Part shown: piece after piece, positions 1 through 8,999 of the stretch | Position numbering within the stretch: position 1 is the first letter of the stretch | Layout: each line of letters opens with the position of its first letter | Source of the DNA: an uncultured virus (IMG/VR IMGVR_UViG_3300012347_000249) | Lineage: Duplodnaviria; Heunggongvirae; Uroviricota; Caudoviricetes | Strand: one strand, 5' to 3' | DNA: 64,000 nucleotides | Virus record (IMG/VR): IMGVR_UViG_3300012347_000249 | Position numbers and translations under genes: made by a program | The notes under the pieces: model-generated | The model's database searches: none | What the model was told of the DNA's origin: nothing | The model's input: the letters and a program-made list of their open reading frames with translations, nothing else

Positions 1-1
1 G

Positions 2-55
2 GTGTCATTTCCCGATGAGAAAACACTCAATTGGTTCGTCCTGAGGTGGGCATGA
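2..55 (+). CDS. Family-A small protein, 5'-truncated by window edge
   Basis: Frame 2 reads VSFPDEKTLNWFVLRWA*; the stop overlaps the next ATG. Confidence 0.75.
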   Translation: MSFPDEKTLNWFVLRWA

Positions 56-279
56 CAACAATTTCAATGAGCTATAATGTTCTAACAAATGCAGGGTGGA
101 CCCGCATACAGCTTGACGCTGAAAAAGTTATGCAAGCCCGACGACAGGAAAGTTATTTTGAATTTTTTGAAACTGCACACATTCGCGATCGGTATGCAAT
201 CTTTAGTGTACCTGATGGTTACGATTTCTTTTTTCAAAATAAAAAAGATGCCACAGAGTTTGCATTGAGGTGGGCATGA
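52..279 (+). CDS. Family-A small protein
   Basis: ATGA-coupled; ends FQNKKDATEFALRWA. Confidence 0.8.
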   Translation: MTTISMSYNVLTNAGWTRIQLDAEKVMQARRQESYFEFFETAHIRDRYAIFSVPDGYDFFFQNKKDATEFALRWA

Positions 280-485
280 GTGACGCAGTTTATCCATATC
301 GTGTTACGTTTAATCGTACCACCCAGTGGTATCCAAATTCGTCAACTTACGGCAATGGAGACTGGATAAAAATTAGTGAATGGTGTGACAGTTCTATCGG
401 TCCAGGCAACTGGGATTACTATTGGAATGAGTTTGTATTTTCCCGTGAAGAAGATTACATGTTGTTTAAATTAAAATGGCTATGA
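276..485 (+). CDS. Family-A small protein
   Basis: ISEWC core; ends FSREEDYMLFKLKWL. Confidence 0.8.
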   Translation: MSDAVYPYRVTFNRTTQWYPNSSTYGNGDWIKISEWCDSSIGPGNWDYYWNEFVFSREEDYMLFKLKWL

Positions 486-733
486 AAAAGGCACGTATTG
501 ACTCAGACCAGCTAAACACCATCTTCCAGAAGTGGGCAGCAAACAATGGGTATAAGACCTCGGGACATTGGATCGACCACTTTGATCGACTTAACCTGCG
601 TTACGGCCCCGGCCAGGCGTTTGATCATTATGTTTGGTCATGCGGTGGCCGCATTTACACGGAATACAGCAAGCGTTATGCAGACTTCTTCGAAGACGAA
701 GATCTAATTATGTTTACATTAAGGCACCTATAA
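482..733 (+). CDS. Family-A small protein
   Basis: Ends FEDEDLIMFTLRHL. Confidence 0.75.
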   Translation: MKKARIDSDQLNTIFQKWAANNGYKTSGHWIDHFDRLNLRYGPGQAFDHYVWSCGGRIYTEYSKRYADFFEDEDLIMFTLRHL

Positions 734-963
734 TGTATGAAGATGGAGGTTTTGTGGAAATTACACAACGAATATATGATGGCCCAGACGGTTACCGCTG
801 GCGCAAAACTTTTGCATTACTTCCTGTAAAGACAGTAAGCGGCAAATACATATGGCTCAAAACTGTATACAAACAACGATTTTGGGTAATATGGGGAAGA
901 GGATTTCACATGGAACCGCATGTGGAATATGGAGAAATATTTGATGTACTGAAAGATCAGTAA
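733..963 (+). CDS. Small hypothetical protein (paralog of 1060-1296)
   Basis: TAATG coupling; WRKTFALLPVKTVSGKYIWLKTVY...EYGEIFDVLK. Confidence 0.75.
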   Translation: MYEDGGFVEITQRIYDGPDGYRWRKTFALLPVKTVSGKYIWLKTVYKQRFWVIWGRGFHMEPHVEYGEIFDVLKDQ

Positions 964-1059
964 CAAAATAATTGCTTTTATGCTAAAATTCGTGCATGAA
1001 ACACTTTAACAACACCCTGGCCCAATTGGGGGCTCCTTAAAGACATCAATCCAATTTAC

Positions 1060-1296
1060 ATGAGTTACACCGGTGCAGCAACACTACGAAACAGCACAAG
1101 CGGAGCGCCACCAGTGAGAGAACGTGTTAAAGAAGACTGGACCAAATGGTTTGCATGGTATCCTGTTACTGTTAATGGAAAACGAGTGTGGTTGCAAAGC
1201 GTGTACCGACGTTGGTGCTATACTCTTATGTTCGGCGAGCAATTTCGCGAAGAATACGAGTACGGGGACTTATTTGACGTGCTAAAGGTCGAATAA
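1060..1296 (+). CDS. Small hypothetical protein (paralog of 733-963)
   Basis: WTKWFAWYPVTVNGKRVWLQSVY...EYGDLFDVLK; start uncertain. Confidence 0.7.
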   Translation: MSYTGAATLRNSTSGAPPVRERVKEDWTKWFAWYPVTVNGKRVWLQSVYRRWCYTLMFGEQFREEYEYGDLFDVLKVE

Positions 1297-1559
1297 TGGA
1301 ATTGTTCTACGGCGGCGGTGGGAACCAGTACCCTGACTTCAGATACAAGGTGCGTATCAAGAAGGACTCGCCTAACGTCAATGCCATGATGAAGTGGTGC
1401 GATGACTACCCAACTGGTGGCCATGGCTACTTTAAACGCTACTACATTGACTGGCGTGGTGGCACAAAGAGTTGGGACAGTGATTATACCACATTTGAAT
1501 TTGAATGGGAAGAACCTGCTATTATGTTTGCTTTAAGTTTTGCGGATAGCGTATGTTAA
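1296..1559 (+). CDS. Family-A small protein
   Basis: MMKWC core; FEWEEPAIMFALSF. Confidence 0.8.
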   Translation: MELFYGGGGNQYPDFRYKVRIKKDSPNVNAMMKWCDDYPTGGHGYFKRYYIDWRGGTKSWDSDYTTFEFEWEEPAIMFALSFADSVC

Positions 1560-1906
1560 TGAATGATACTGAATTTGCCGACTACCAGAGTCGTTACAAT
1601 CACGACCCAGTTGTTCAACGGCTTTGCAAAATAATTTTTGACAATCATCGTATTGAAGACTTAGAAGACGAGATTGGTGTCTTAACTGACGAACTTAGCT
1701 ATTTCGAACGTCAACTAAAAGAAGCCCGCTACGAAATCAAGCAGCTAGAAGCCCGCACCATTGAAGACATGGCAGCAGATTTAGTTAATCGTGTAACGGC
1801 AGCAGAGAGTCGTAGCCGACGGTATCTCGAAGAAAAAGATAACATACTGGCCAAGAACAAAGAACTACAAGAAAAGATCAATGTATGGTCAATACTTGAA
1901 CGCTAA
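1553..1906 (+). CDS. Coiled-coil hypothetical protein
   Basis: Heptad-like charged helix. Confidence 0.7.
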   Translation: MLMNDTEFADYQSRYNHDPVVQRLCKIIFDNHRIEDLEDEIGVLTDELSYFERQLKEARYEIKQLEARTIEDMAADLVNRVTAAESRSRRYLEEKDNILAKNKELQEKINVWSILER

Positions 1907-1917
1907 CAGGCACAACA

Positions 1918-2151
1918 ATGAATCGAATATATCTCAAAGACACTGACCCTGCCTTTCGTGGGCTGTCATATCAAGAAGCACATGACGCACTTAAATCAGC
2001 TGGAGAGTGGTCTGCTGCTAATTGTAAAAGTTTGGTATCGTGGGGTGTAGTAGATGTAAGCGATGTATCTAGTGCAATGTGTGACTGGATGGGCGAATAT
2101 GTATTTCGTGACGAGCGTGATGCCACTTGGTTTAAACTAAAATGGCAATAA
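1918..2151 (+). CDS. Family-A small protein
   Basis: Ends FRDERDATWFKLKWQ. Confidence 0.8.
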   Translation: MNRIYLKDTDPAFRGLSYQEAHDALKSAGEWSAANCKSLVSWGVVDVSDVSSAMCDWMGEYVFRDERDATWFKLKWQ

Positions 2152-2411
2152 GATTTGAGTTGTTGGAAGGTCGAATACATGGTGCCAGGTACTATAGTGT
2201 TAGGCCGTTAAATGAGTGGTTTATGACCGGGGGAATGTCCGAAGATCCGTATAGCACATGGAGTACTATGAGCGATTGGTGTACTGAAGCATTTGGTGCA
2301 GCACCCATTGACGGAATTTGGGACCCTGGACACAGATGGTATGAAAACAATGCAAAGTTTTGGTTCCGCAATGAACAAGATCGCACCTTATTTTTATTGA
2401 GATTTGCATGA
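2142..2411 (+). CDS. Family-A small protein
   Basis: MSDWCTEAFG; ends FRNEQDRTLFLLRFA. Confidence 0.8.
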   Translation: MAIRFELLEGRIHGARYYSVRPLNEWFMTGGMSEDPYSTWSTMSDWCTEAFGAAPIDGIWDPGHRWYENNAKFWFRNEQDRTLFLLRFA

Positions 2412-2671
2412 GGCCCGTACACGTTATTTGGATTGACAGCACAGGTGCCGTTCCTTCAGAAATGTTGGATTGGTGCATTGAGAATGTCGGTAAACCTTAT
2501 CCCATTATTGAACGTCCGTTTGAAGGTGTGCCATATGGTGCCGACTACGATGATCCAGAGGGGAAGTGGATTTGCCACGCACACAATCATGTTGGGAACG
2601 GCAGATATGTTGATACCTTTTGTTTCCGTGACGAAGCAGATGCAACTATGTTTGGGCTAAAGTGGGCATAA
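2408..2671 (+). CDS. Family-A small protein
   Basis: MLDWCIENVG; ends FRDEADATMFGLKWA. Confidence 0.8.
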   Translation: MRPVHVIWIDSTGAVPSEMLDWCIENVGKPYPIIERPFEGVPYGADYDDPEGKWICHAHNHVGNGRYVDTFCFRDEADATMFGLKWA

Positions 2672-3060
2672 TTGAGTGGATCAAAGACCGCTGGCTAACT
2701 TGGCGCACAGGTAAGGACCGGTCTACACGAGAGTGGGAAGCATGGTATGAGGTCAATGTTGTATATCGTGCCAGTAGTATCACTAACATGTTTCAGCACT
2801 TCAAGCATGTTATCGAAGTAGACTCGCGAAAGTTTATAGACCATGGTGAGCCGTTTGCCTATGTACCGTGTGAAGATGCTCGACAATATTTTTGGCCCGC
2901 AAGACCACTAGGTGAAAACTGTGTTTGGAGATTCGAACGAGTGATGTGGGATAATCGGGCTAACACTTGGTACATTAGTGGCCTAGGCGATACTGATATG
3001 ATTTTCGTAGCAACAAACAATGACGATGATGCAGTAATGGTATCATTAAAATTTACATGA
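2662..3060 (+). CDS. Family-A protein (longer variant)
   Basis: GTG start; ends TNNDDDAVMVSLKFT. Confidence 0.75.
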   Translation: MGIIEWIKDRWLTWRTGKDRSTREWEAWYEVNVVYRASSITNMFQHFKHVIEVDSRKFIDHGEPFAYVPCEDARQYFWPARPLGENCVWRFERVMWDNRANTWYISGLGDTDMIFVATNNDDDAVMVSLKFT

Positions 3061-3302
3061 CTGAAGTTAAATTATCAAACCAACAGGTAGAAGATCTACT
3101 GTACTACGAAACTGGGTTTGAGCAAATGCACCCTCATCTCGGCGCCATTGAGTGGATGGAAGAATATGGGTGGAAGTATAGAGATGATTGGAATTGCGTT
3201 AAAGTTGTGCCCGGTGGACAGATACGTAATGCTCACGTTTATTACAAGCTAACGTTCGCAGACGACGAAATGGCTTCAATGTTTTTGCTGAAGTGGTTGT
3301 AG
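3057..3302 (+). CDS. Family-A small protein
   Basis: Ends FADDEMASMFLLKWL. Confidence 0.8.
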   Translation: MTEVKLSNQQVEDLLYYETGFEQMHPHLGAIEWMEEYGWKYRDDWNCVKVVPGGQIRNAHVYYKLTFADDEMASMFLLKWL

Positions 3303-3303
3303 C

Positions 3304-3528
3304 GTGGTAAGGGCCGCAGAAGGACCGTGGGTACTAGCTGATCAAGTTAACACAGACGGAGTTAACTGGTACCTACTCAATTGCCGATATATGTTTGCAG
3401 ACTGGATCGAAACATGCGATCCCGATACTTGGAAGCTACACGGTGCATACCACAGGGCACGTTACTGGGTACGCGAAGATCTGTATACTTTATGCTTACT
3501 TCAAAAAGAAAATAAAAACCTAGTATAA
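3304..3528 (+). CDS. Family-A-like small protein (divergent)
   Basis: ADWIE...YWVREDLYTLCLL, similar to 4295-4501. Confidence 0.65.
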   Translation: MVRAAEGPWVLADQVNTDGVNWYLLNCRYMFADWIETCDPDTWKLHGAYHRARYWVREDLYTLCLLQKENKNLV

Positions 3529-3535
3529 TTAGGGT

Positions 3536-3724
3536 ATGACAGCAGTACCCTTCCCAGACACACGCATGGCAGTTGACCAATTTGCGTTGTGGATGCATTT
3601 TAATATGCCCCCGGAACCCGGCAAAGTTCGCTGGCATATTGTAGCGGCTGTAACCGGGTGGTCTATTCAGTTTGTGGAAGATTCCGATGCAACACTTTTT
3701 AGCTTACTGTGGCAAAATGATTGA
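3536..3724 (+). CDS. Family-A small protein
   Basis: Ends FVEDSDATLFSLLWQND; TATAAT 6 nt upstream. Confidence 0.75.
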   Translation: MTAVPFPDTRMAVDQFALWMHFNMPPEPGKVRWHIVAAVTGWSIQFVEDSDATLFSLLWQND

Positions 3725-3923
3725 CCACAAGTTCTTTGTATCGTTTAAAGAACTGCGTAGGCACAGTTCAGGAACAATCCGAGATGCCCGCTGCTGGGTA
3801 CTTGATAATGTTAAACGCGGCGATGCAGACATTTTTGCATCTGATTCAACTAATGCTATGTACGGTGGTATTTCTTTCAGATACGAAAAAGACTGTGTGG
3901 CATTTTTATTGGTGTGGGCATGA
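3717..3923 (+). CDS. Family-A small protein
   Basis: Ends FRYEKDCVAFLLVWA. Confidence 0.8.
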   Translation: MIDHKFFVSFKELRRHSSGTIRDARCWVLDNVKRGDADIFASDSTNAMYGGISFRYEKDCVAFLLVWA

Positions 3924-4111
3924 CAGTTGATGTAAAGATTAAACTCCATCCTTCTCAGGTAATGCCTGATGTATTCGACTGGCTCCATGAACAAGGATGG
4001 CAACACATTGTTGACTGGCGTTGGTTCCGGCCAAAAGATAACAGCGGTACTTACATCTTTCAATTTGAAGAAGACGAACATGCCATATTGTTCTCATTAA
4101 AATGGATGTAA
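3920..4111 (+). CDS. Family-A small protein
   Basis: Ends FEEDEHAILFSLKWM. Confidence 0.8.
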   Translation: MTVDVKIKLHPSQVMPDVFDWLHEQGWQHIVDWRWFRPKDNSGTYIFQFEEDEHAILFSLKWM

Positions 4112-4302
4112 TAGGGCACACTTTTCAGACCAGCAAAGGGTATGTGGTTTTACTTAAACTGCAAACAAACGCCAATGACATCGTTGATTGGTGCAAGCAA
4201 ACCTTTCCCGCAGAGTCTTGGAAGTATGTTCCGCACTCTGTAATACACATAAATGACGAAGAGCTGTATAATTGGTTTTTAATACGGTGGTCCAATGACT
4301 GA
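4102..4302 (+). CDS. Family-A small protein
   Basis: IVDWCKQTF; ends INDEELYNWFLIRWSND. Confidence 0.8.
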   Translation: MDVIGHTFQTSKGYVVLLKLQTNANDIVDWCKQTFPAESWKYVPHSVIHINDEELYNWFLIRWSND

Positions 4303-4501
4303 TACCTGGGTTAAGATTCTCACTACACAACAAGATGGAAAGTGGGCACATCGTCACGCAGATTGGCGTGAAATCATGACTGGACCAGACATGGCAAAAT
4401 GGATCGAAGAACAAGATCCTGCAACGTGGTTTTTGCCATACCCAAGCGTGTATTGGTTAAGTCCCGAATTGTATATAATTTGGAAACTGAGGTGGACATG
4501 A
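4295..4501 (+). CDS. Family-A small protein
   Basis: Ends LSPELYIIWKLRWT. Confidence 0.75.
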   Translation: MTDTWVKILTTQQDGKWAHRHADWREIMTGPDMAKWIEEQDPATWFLPYPSVYWLSPELYIIWKLRWT

Positions 4502-4737
4502 AGTGGTACAACAAACAACGTAGACGCAAGCATTGGCATGTGATTCCATACCATGCAGGCAGAGTTAAAGAAGTAATTGCACTTATGCGAGCCGGCGAGT
4601 ACCGAACAATCAGTGCCCTAAAACAATGGGGACAGCAGCACGACAGCACAGGGGGCTTCTTCTACTCTCAAGCAACAGGGTGTTGGTACTTTGAAAAGGG
4701 CGAAGATGCTGTGCTCTTCAAACTTAAATTCCTATGA
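4498..4737 (+). CDS. Family-A small protein
   Basis: Ends FEKGEDAVLFKLKFL. Confidence 0.8.
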   Translation: MKWYNKQRRRKHWHVIPYHAGRVKEVIALMRAGEYRTISALKQWGQQHDSTGGFFYSQATGCWYFEKGEDAVLFKLKFL

Positions 4738-4979
4738 ACGAAGAACTGATTATTTCTTTATCTCCATACTGGGAAAAAATTATCAGTTACTATTACGACC
4801 AAATCGAAAATGGTGACGATGGTGACGATGTTGAGGACCGGCCGTCAATTTGGGAGTGGCTTGAGCAGGAGTTTAACGCTGTTAGATACCACCGGTGGCA
4901 TCGCACCAACAACAAAATCTCTGATGTTATTTTTGAAACTGAGGCTGAGCTAGTGTTCTTTAAGCTGAGGTGGACATGA
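4734..4979 (+). CDS. Family-A small protein
   Basis: Ends FETEAELVFFKLRWT. Confidence 0.8.
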   Translation: MNEELIISLSPYWEKIISYYYDQIENGDDGDDVEDRPSIWEWLEQEFNAVRYHRWHRTNNKISDVIFETEAELVFFKLRWT

Positions 4980-5158
4980 CCATGCGATATAAAGTGGATT
5001 ATCATTCTCTCCCAGGCTATTCGCATAATCGCAAGGAAATGGCAGAATGGTGCAACGAATGCGTTGGCCCACTGTGGATCAACTGGAAATTTAAAGACTG
5101 GAAATGGTATTTTCGGTATAAGAAAGATTATGCTATGTTTTTGTTGAGGTGGAAATGA
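4976..5158 (+). CDS. Family-A small protein
   Basis: MAEWCNECVG; ends FRYKKDYAMFLLRWK. Confidence 0.8.
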   Translation: MTMRYKVDYHSLPGYSHNRKEMAEWCNECVGPLWINWKFKDWKWYFRYKKDYAMFLLRWK

Positions 5159-5415
5159 CTGTAACTTACGTGCAGCCTTGGCCGGACATGCCACACTTTC
5201 AAGTGCCTAAATTGCACCGTGTTGTTTATGCTCAAACTGATGACAATGTGCAGGCGAAGTTTCAACGTAGTTATAAGGACGTTATAATTGACGAGTGGCT
5301 CAAGTCTAACTGCCGACGCCCGTTCTATCATAGTCCGGGATATTTGTACGAGAAGTTTATTGAGTTTGAGTGTGACGAAGACGCTGTAATGTTTGCATTA
5401 AGGTGGGCAAAATGA
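5155..5415 (+). CDS. Family-A small protein
   Basis: Ends FECDEDAVMFALRWAK. Confidence 0.8.
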   Translation: MTVTYVQPWPDMPHFQVPKLHRVVYAQTDDNVQAKFQRSYKDVIIDEWLKSNCRRPFYHSPGYLYEKFIEFECDEDAVMFALRWAK

Positions 5416-5687
5416 ATTGGAGTAGAAATCATTACACAATAAAGTTGTGGCGTGCCAAGCCTAATACATCATTGCGGGCACAAGACTACGCTTATCTAAT
5501 CGGTTGCGGGATTGGAGTCAGAACTGTAATCCGACCCGGGCAAAGCCCTAACAGTGTTTGCCAAGTTTTTGAAGTTACTACCAGTAACGAAGAACAAGAA
5601 TCTCAAATGCTGTTGCTGCTATCCGGTCAAGTTGACCTAGCATCACACAACGTTGCAGCAACTTCTCAATATAGATTTAATGTATAA
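5412..5687 (+). CDS. Family-A-like small protein (divergent)
   Basis: ATGA-coupled; TSNEEQESQMLLLL. Confidence 0.6.
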   Translation: MNWSRNHYTIKLWRAKPNTSLRAQDYAYLIGCGIGVRTVIRPGQSPNSVCQVFEVTTSNEEQESQMLLLLSGQVDLASHNVAATSQYRFNV

Positions 5688-5697
5688 TGGAACTAAC

Positions 5698-5922
5698 ATG
5701 AATTACTGGGACGAAAGATTGGCGCTGTTTACTCCCGAAGAGTACGAACAGTTACCTGATGGTACTGAGCTTTATAGCATTGGCGGAAAAATGTTAATCA
5801 AGGGCAAAGACTACATTGACCGAGACACACGTTTTGGGTACTTAGCCGTTGGTGTACTGGATCCGTGGGACCATCCGCTTAAAGATTTGTTCCTAACATT
5901 TAAACTAAAACAAAAGTATTAA
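5698..5922 (+). CDS. Small hypothetical protein
   Basis: DRDTRFGYLAVG; ends DLFLTFKLKQKY; alternative start at 5680. Confidence 0.65.
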   Translation: MNYWDERLALFTPEEYEQLPDGTELYSIGGKMLIKGKDYIDRDTRFGYLAVGVLDPWDHPLKDLFLTFKLKQKY

Positions 5923-5955
5923 TTTCAAAAATGGCAGAAAGTGCTATAATAAATC

Positions 5956-6252
5956 ATGACTACACAAATCAAACTCGATCGCAAACATCACGATAAACTT
6001 ACTGAAATTGAAGCATGGGCGTTAGAGTCCATCGGACTCGGTAGCCGTCGTTTTGTTAAAAATACATGGATGGGCATTGAAGACTGGTTCTACTACGAAG
6101 AACGTGTGGAAAAAGTCGAAGAGCTCACCGAAGAACAAATCTCCGAAGGTCAGACGCTGCACGTTGATGCAAGCGATGACGAGGAAAGTGATTTGATCTT
6201 TGTTTTCCGTCGTGAAAACGATGCACTGATGTTTAGCCTACGCTGGCAATGA
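5956..6252 (+). CDS. Family-A small protein
   Basis: Ends FRRENDALMFSLRWQ; extended -10 just upstream. Confidence 0.8.
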   Translation: MTTQIKLDRKHHDKLTEIEAWALESIGLGSRRFVKNTWMGIEDWFYYEERVEKVEELTEEQISEGQTLHVDASDDEESDLIFVFRRENDALMFSLRWQ

Positions 6253-6479
6253 CATACACTGTTGAATTTGGTAAGAGCTCGTACCATCTTCAAGAAGAGA
6301 TGGCCAAATGGTGTGGGGAGAACTTTGGCAGCAATCCTCCGTACACCTCTTGGGTGTACAATACCCCCACTGAGTGGGAAGGTCTCGGTAAGTGGTGCAT
6401 GACCAGTGCATTTGGTAACACATTCTTCTACTTTCGCGAAGACACCGATCGTACAGCATTTTTATTGAGGTGGTCCTGA
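6249..6479 (+). CDS. Family-A small protein
   Basis: MAKWCGENFG; ends FREDTDRTAFLLRWS. Confidence 0.8.
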   Translation: MTYTVEFGKSSYHLQEEMAKWCGENFGSNPPYTSWVYNTPTEWEGLGKWCMTSAFGNTFFYFREDTDRTAFLLRWS

Positions 6480-6727
6480 TGGCAGTGTGGGGTGGTAAGT
6501 ACATCAAGGCTAATCCTCGCACTGTGCGTGGTGCCCGTAAACGTGGATGGCATGTTGTTGACGTTCCGGACACCTATCACAGTAAACATCGCTTGTCTTG
6601 GCTAGGAGTTGGCATGTGGACTGTAAACCATACCAACGGATATTTCGTTGACAACTTTGCAACCAAACAGTTTGCCTTTGAGCGTGAAGAAGACGCAAGC
6701 AGATTTATCTTTCAGTTTGTGATATGA
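6479..6727 (+). CDS. Family-A small protein
   Basis: Ends FEREEDASRFIFQFVI. Confidence 0.75.
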   Translation: MAVWGGKYIKANPRTVRGARKRGWHVVDVPDTYHSKHRLSWLGVGMWTVNHTNGYFVDNFATKQFAFEREEDASRFIFQFVI

Positions 6728-6990
6728 AAAACGAAATAGATGATGATTTCTTTATTGAGGCTTCAAAAATAATACAAGAAGAGATCGACAGAGAGATCAT
6801 TGACCATATTATTGCAACTGAAATGAAGAGCAAAGGTTGGACCGCTGTGTACATAAAGCCGTCTGTACCCGGGCTGTTAGCAAGTGAATGGATTCACCTA
6901 AATGCAACAGGCGATTACCGCTTTGCACAACAGCATTGGTATTTTGAAAACTCCATTGATGCTACGAATTTTGCTTTAAAATGGGCTTGA
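6724..6990 (+). CDS. Family-A small protein
   Basis: Ends FENSIDATNFALKWA. Confidence 0.8.
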   Translation: MKNEIDDDFFIEASKIIQEEIDREIIDHIIATEMKSKGWTAVYIKPSVPGLLASEWIHLNATGDYRFAQQHWYFENSIDATNFALKWA

Positions 6991-7015
6991 CCGTTAAATA
7001 AATTAGCAGTAAAAT
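6987..7015 (+). promoter_or_regulatory. Sigma70-like early promoter
   Basis: TTGACC-17 nt-TAAAAT; ATG 6 nt downstream. Confidence 0.6.
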
Positions 7016-7021
7016 ACATCT

Positions 7022-7633
7022 ATGAAAGTTTATTTCAGTAAATATCGGTCGCATTGGGTTAGCCCCTACACCATGCTGGAAAAAGCATTGTTCTGGCTCG
7101 ACTGGGAAAATATCCCCTACGACACACCTTGGGTTGAAAAATGGGCCACCAGGCTCGAACCCATTAGCAAAGGACTTGAAAAGTTTTTGGACACAGTGCA
7201 TCCAAAAATTACCATTGTTAAAATTGACTACTACGATACCTGGAGCATGGACTATACCCTTGCTCACATTATTGTTCCTATGCTCAAGCAGCTTCAAGAA
7301 ACAAAACAGGGATCACCTTTAGTTGACCCAATTGATGTGCCAGAACATCTACGCCCAACTGAAGAGCCAAATCAACAAAACGGATACACTGACAACACTA
7401 TCCACGAACGTTGGAAGTGGGCGTTGGATGAAATGATTTGGGCGTTTGAACAAAAGATTGATGATAATGCAGAAGACAAATTCTGGGATCACAGTGCAGT
7501 AAACAAACAGGACGATCTTAATACCCAAATTGGTCAAATTAAATGCGACCACGATGGGCTAACAGCGTTCAACGAGCGTAAAGCAAACGGATTCCGTTTG
7601 TTTGGAAAATACTACCAAGGACTTTGGGACTAA
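7022..7633 (+). CDS. Hypothetical phage protein
   Basis: 203-aa ORF; DTWSMDYTLAHII...GFRLFGKYYQGLWD, recalled from T4-like phages. Confidence 0.8.
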   Translation: MKVYFSKYRSHWVSPYTMLEKALFWLDWENIPYDTPWVEKWATRLEPISKGLEKFLDTVHPKITIVKIDYYDTWSMDYTLAHIIVPMLKQLQETKQGSPLVDPIDVPEHLRPTEEPNQQNGYTDNTIHERWKWALDEMIWAFEQKIDDNAEDKFWDHSAVNKQDDLNTQIGQIKCDHDGLTAFNERKANGFRLFGKYYQGLWD

Positions 7634-7635
7634 CC

Positions 7636-8010
7636 ATGGAAGAACTTTTGGGCTTTATCATTAACTGCGTTTTGTGGTACATATTCTTTGGCTTTTTGCT
7701 AAGAATCTATGATGCATGGAAAGCAGTCAAGGAGGACTCTCCTAGCCGCGAGGATGTAGCTAAACAAGTAATGACCATGATCCATACTGTTAAACAAGAG
7801 CAGCATGGCGACATCTTTTACTGGTTTGATGCAGACTCTGACGCATTCCTGGGCCAGGGTAAAACTGATGACGAGATCAAAGAACAGCTTAAGCAGCGTT
7901 TTAAAGGGCATGTATTCTTGCTTGACGAAACCCGAGCTTTAGCGGGCCCTGATCTAAAAATCACCCCAATCAAAGAACTAAAATTAGTCAATAAAAGCAC
8001 AATTGCTTAA
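7636..8010 (+). CDS. Hypothetical protein with N-terminal TM helix
   Basis: MEELLGFIINCVLWYIFFGFLL. Confidence 0.7.
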   Translation: MEELLGFIINCVLWYIFFGFLLRIYDAWKAVKEDSPSREDVAKQVMTMIHTVKQEQHGDIFYWFDADSDAFLGQGKTDDEIKEQLKQRFKGHVFLLDETRALAGPDLKITPIKELKLVNKSTIA

Positions 8011-8033
8011 TCAAATTCAAGTATAATGCGTGT

Positions 8034-8426
8034 ATGACAATGCATTTAGCCCACCCCAGCCTTAGCCTAAGCGGCAAGAAAAAAGGCAAGCTCAAGTTCA
8101 AGTCAGCTGAAGCAAAAGCAGCCCATGAACGTTTAAATGATGAATGGCGTGCTATTAAAGAAAAGCACGGCGTTGAAGAGCATGAACGAAAGCGCCAACG
8201 TGCTATGAAGGCAGAGCCCTTGACCTACAAGTTGTCTGCACCTCCGGGCCGTGGATCAACCACTCATATCCCTAGCCGCGACACAGGCGGCACTGCTACC
8301 CTTGCACCAGCAAAAGTTTACACTGGCACTAAGGTCAAGGGCATCGCAACCATGCACAAGTCAAATGCTGTGCCTGTGTTTAGCGATGAAGAAGCAGTTG
8401 AAATTTCAAAGATGCGCCGTGGATAA
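8034..8426 (+). CDS. Basic hypothetical phage protein
   Basis: VYTGTKVKGIATMHKSNAVPVF motif, recalled from T4-like phages. Confidence 0.8.
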   Translation: MTMHLAHPSLSLSGKKKGKLKFKSAEAKAAHERLNDEWRAIKEKHGVEEHERKRQRAMKAEPLTYKLSAPPGRGSTTHIPSRDTGGTATLAPAKVYTGTKVKGIATMHKSNAVPVFSDEEAVEISKMRRG

Positions 8427-8718
8427 CGCCACTTACTATTGCAGGATCACTTGTCAGAATGAGCAATGGATGCCAGGTGTGTACAGCATAAAAACCTCAG
8501 ATAACGAACGTGGTAAAGTATACTCACCGAGTACTGCCCTAAGACTTAATCTCATTCGTTACAGCGATAAAGTGTGGCGCGAAGGCCCTAGGGGCGGGGT
8601 CAAGATTGTTAAAGATCGAGTCGGACTAAATCGTAATTTCAAATACGTCACACACGATCCCAAAGCAATGAAAGAATTTGCATGGATCAAACTCTCCGCA
8701 AAGTCTCCGCATGATTAA
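8419..8718 (+). CDS. Hypothetical protein (paralog of 8711-8959)
   Basis: Probable GTG start; VWREGPRGG...FAWIKLSA. Confidence 0.7.
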   Translation: MDNATYYCRITCQNEQWMPGVYSIKTSDNERGKVYSPSTALRLNLIRYSDKVWREGPRGGVKIVKDRVGLNRNFKYVTHDPKAMKEFAWIKLSAKSPHD

Positions 8719-8959
8719 GCACACCTACTACATAGTTAACAAAAACGATACTGTGACCAGGAGGCAGGATTATAATCACGGCACCCGCTACACCCCAAGT
8801 TGGATGTACGGCTCAAAACAAGTGTGGCGCGAAGGCCCCAAGGGCGGCATAGAACTTGTGTACAAAGATTGGGGAAGCGGACCATTTCTCAAACGTGGTA
8901 GCCCAGAAGTAAAGAAGCAATTTATGTGGATCAAACTACAAGCCACTGATCCGGCATAA
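8711..8959 (+). CDS. Hypothetical protein (paralog of 8419-8718)
   Basis: VWREGPKGG...FMWIKLQA. Confidence 0.7.
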   Translation: MIKHTYYIVNKNDTVTRRQDYNHGTRYTPSWMYGSKQVWREGPKGGIELVYKDWGSGPFLKRGSPEVKKQFMWIKLQATDPA

Positions 8960-8999
8960 GTAAACAGCGTAGATAAAGAAAGGAAAACGCAGTACCATA

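Noticed and set aside
2..6990. Integron cassette array
   Set aside because: Genes overlap at start/stop, leaving no room for attC sites, and no integrase is present
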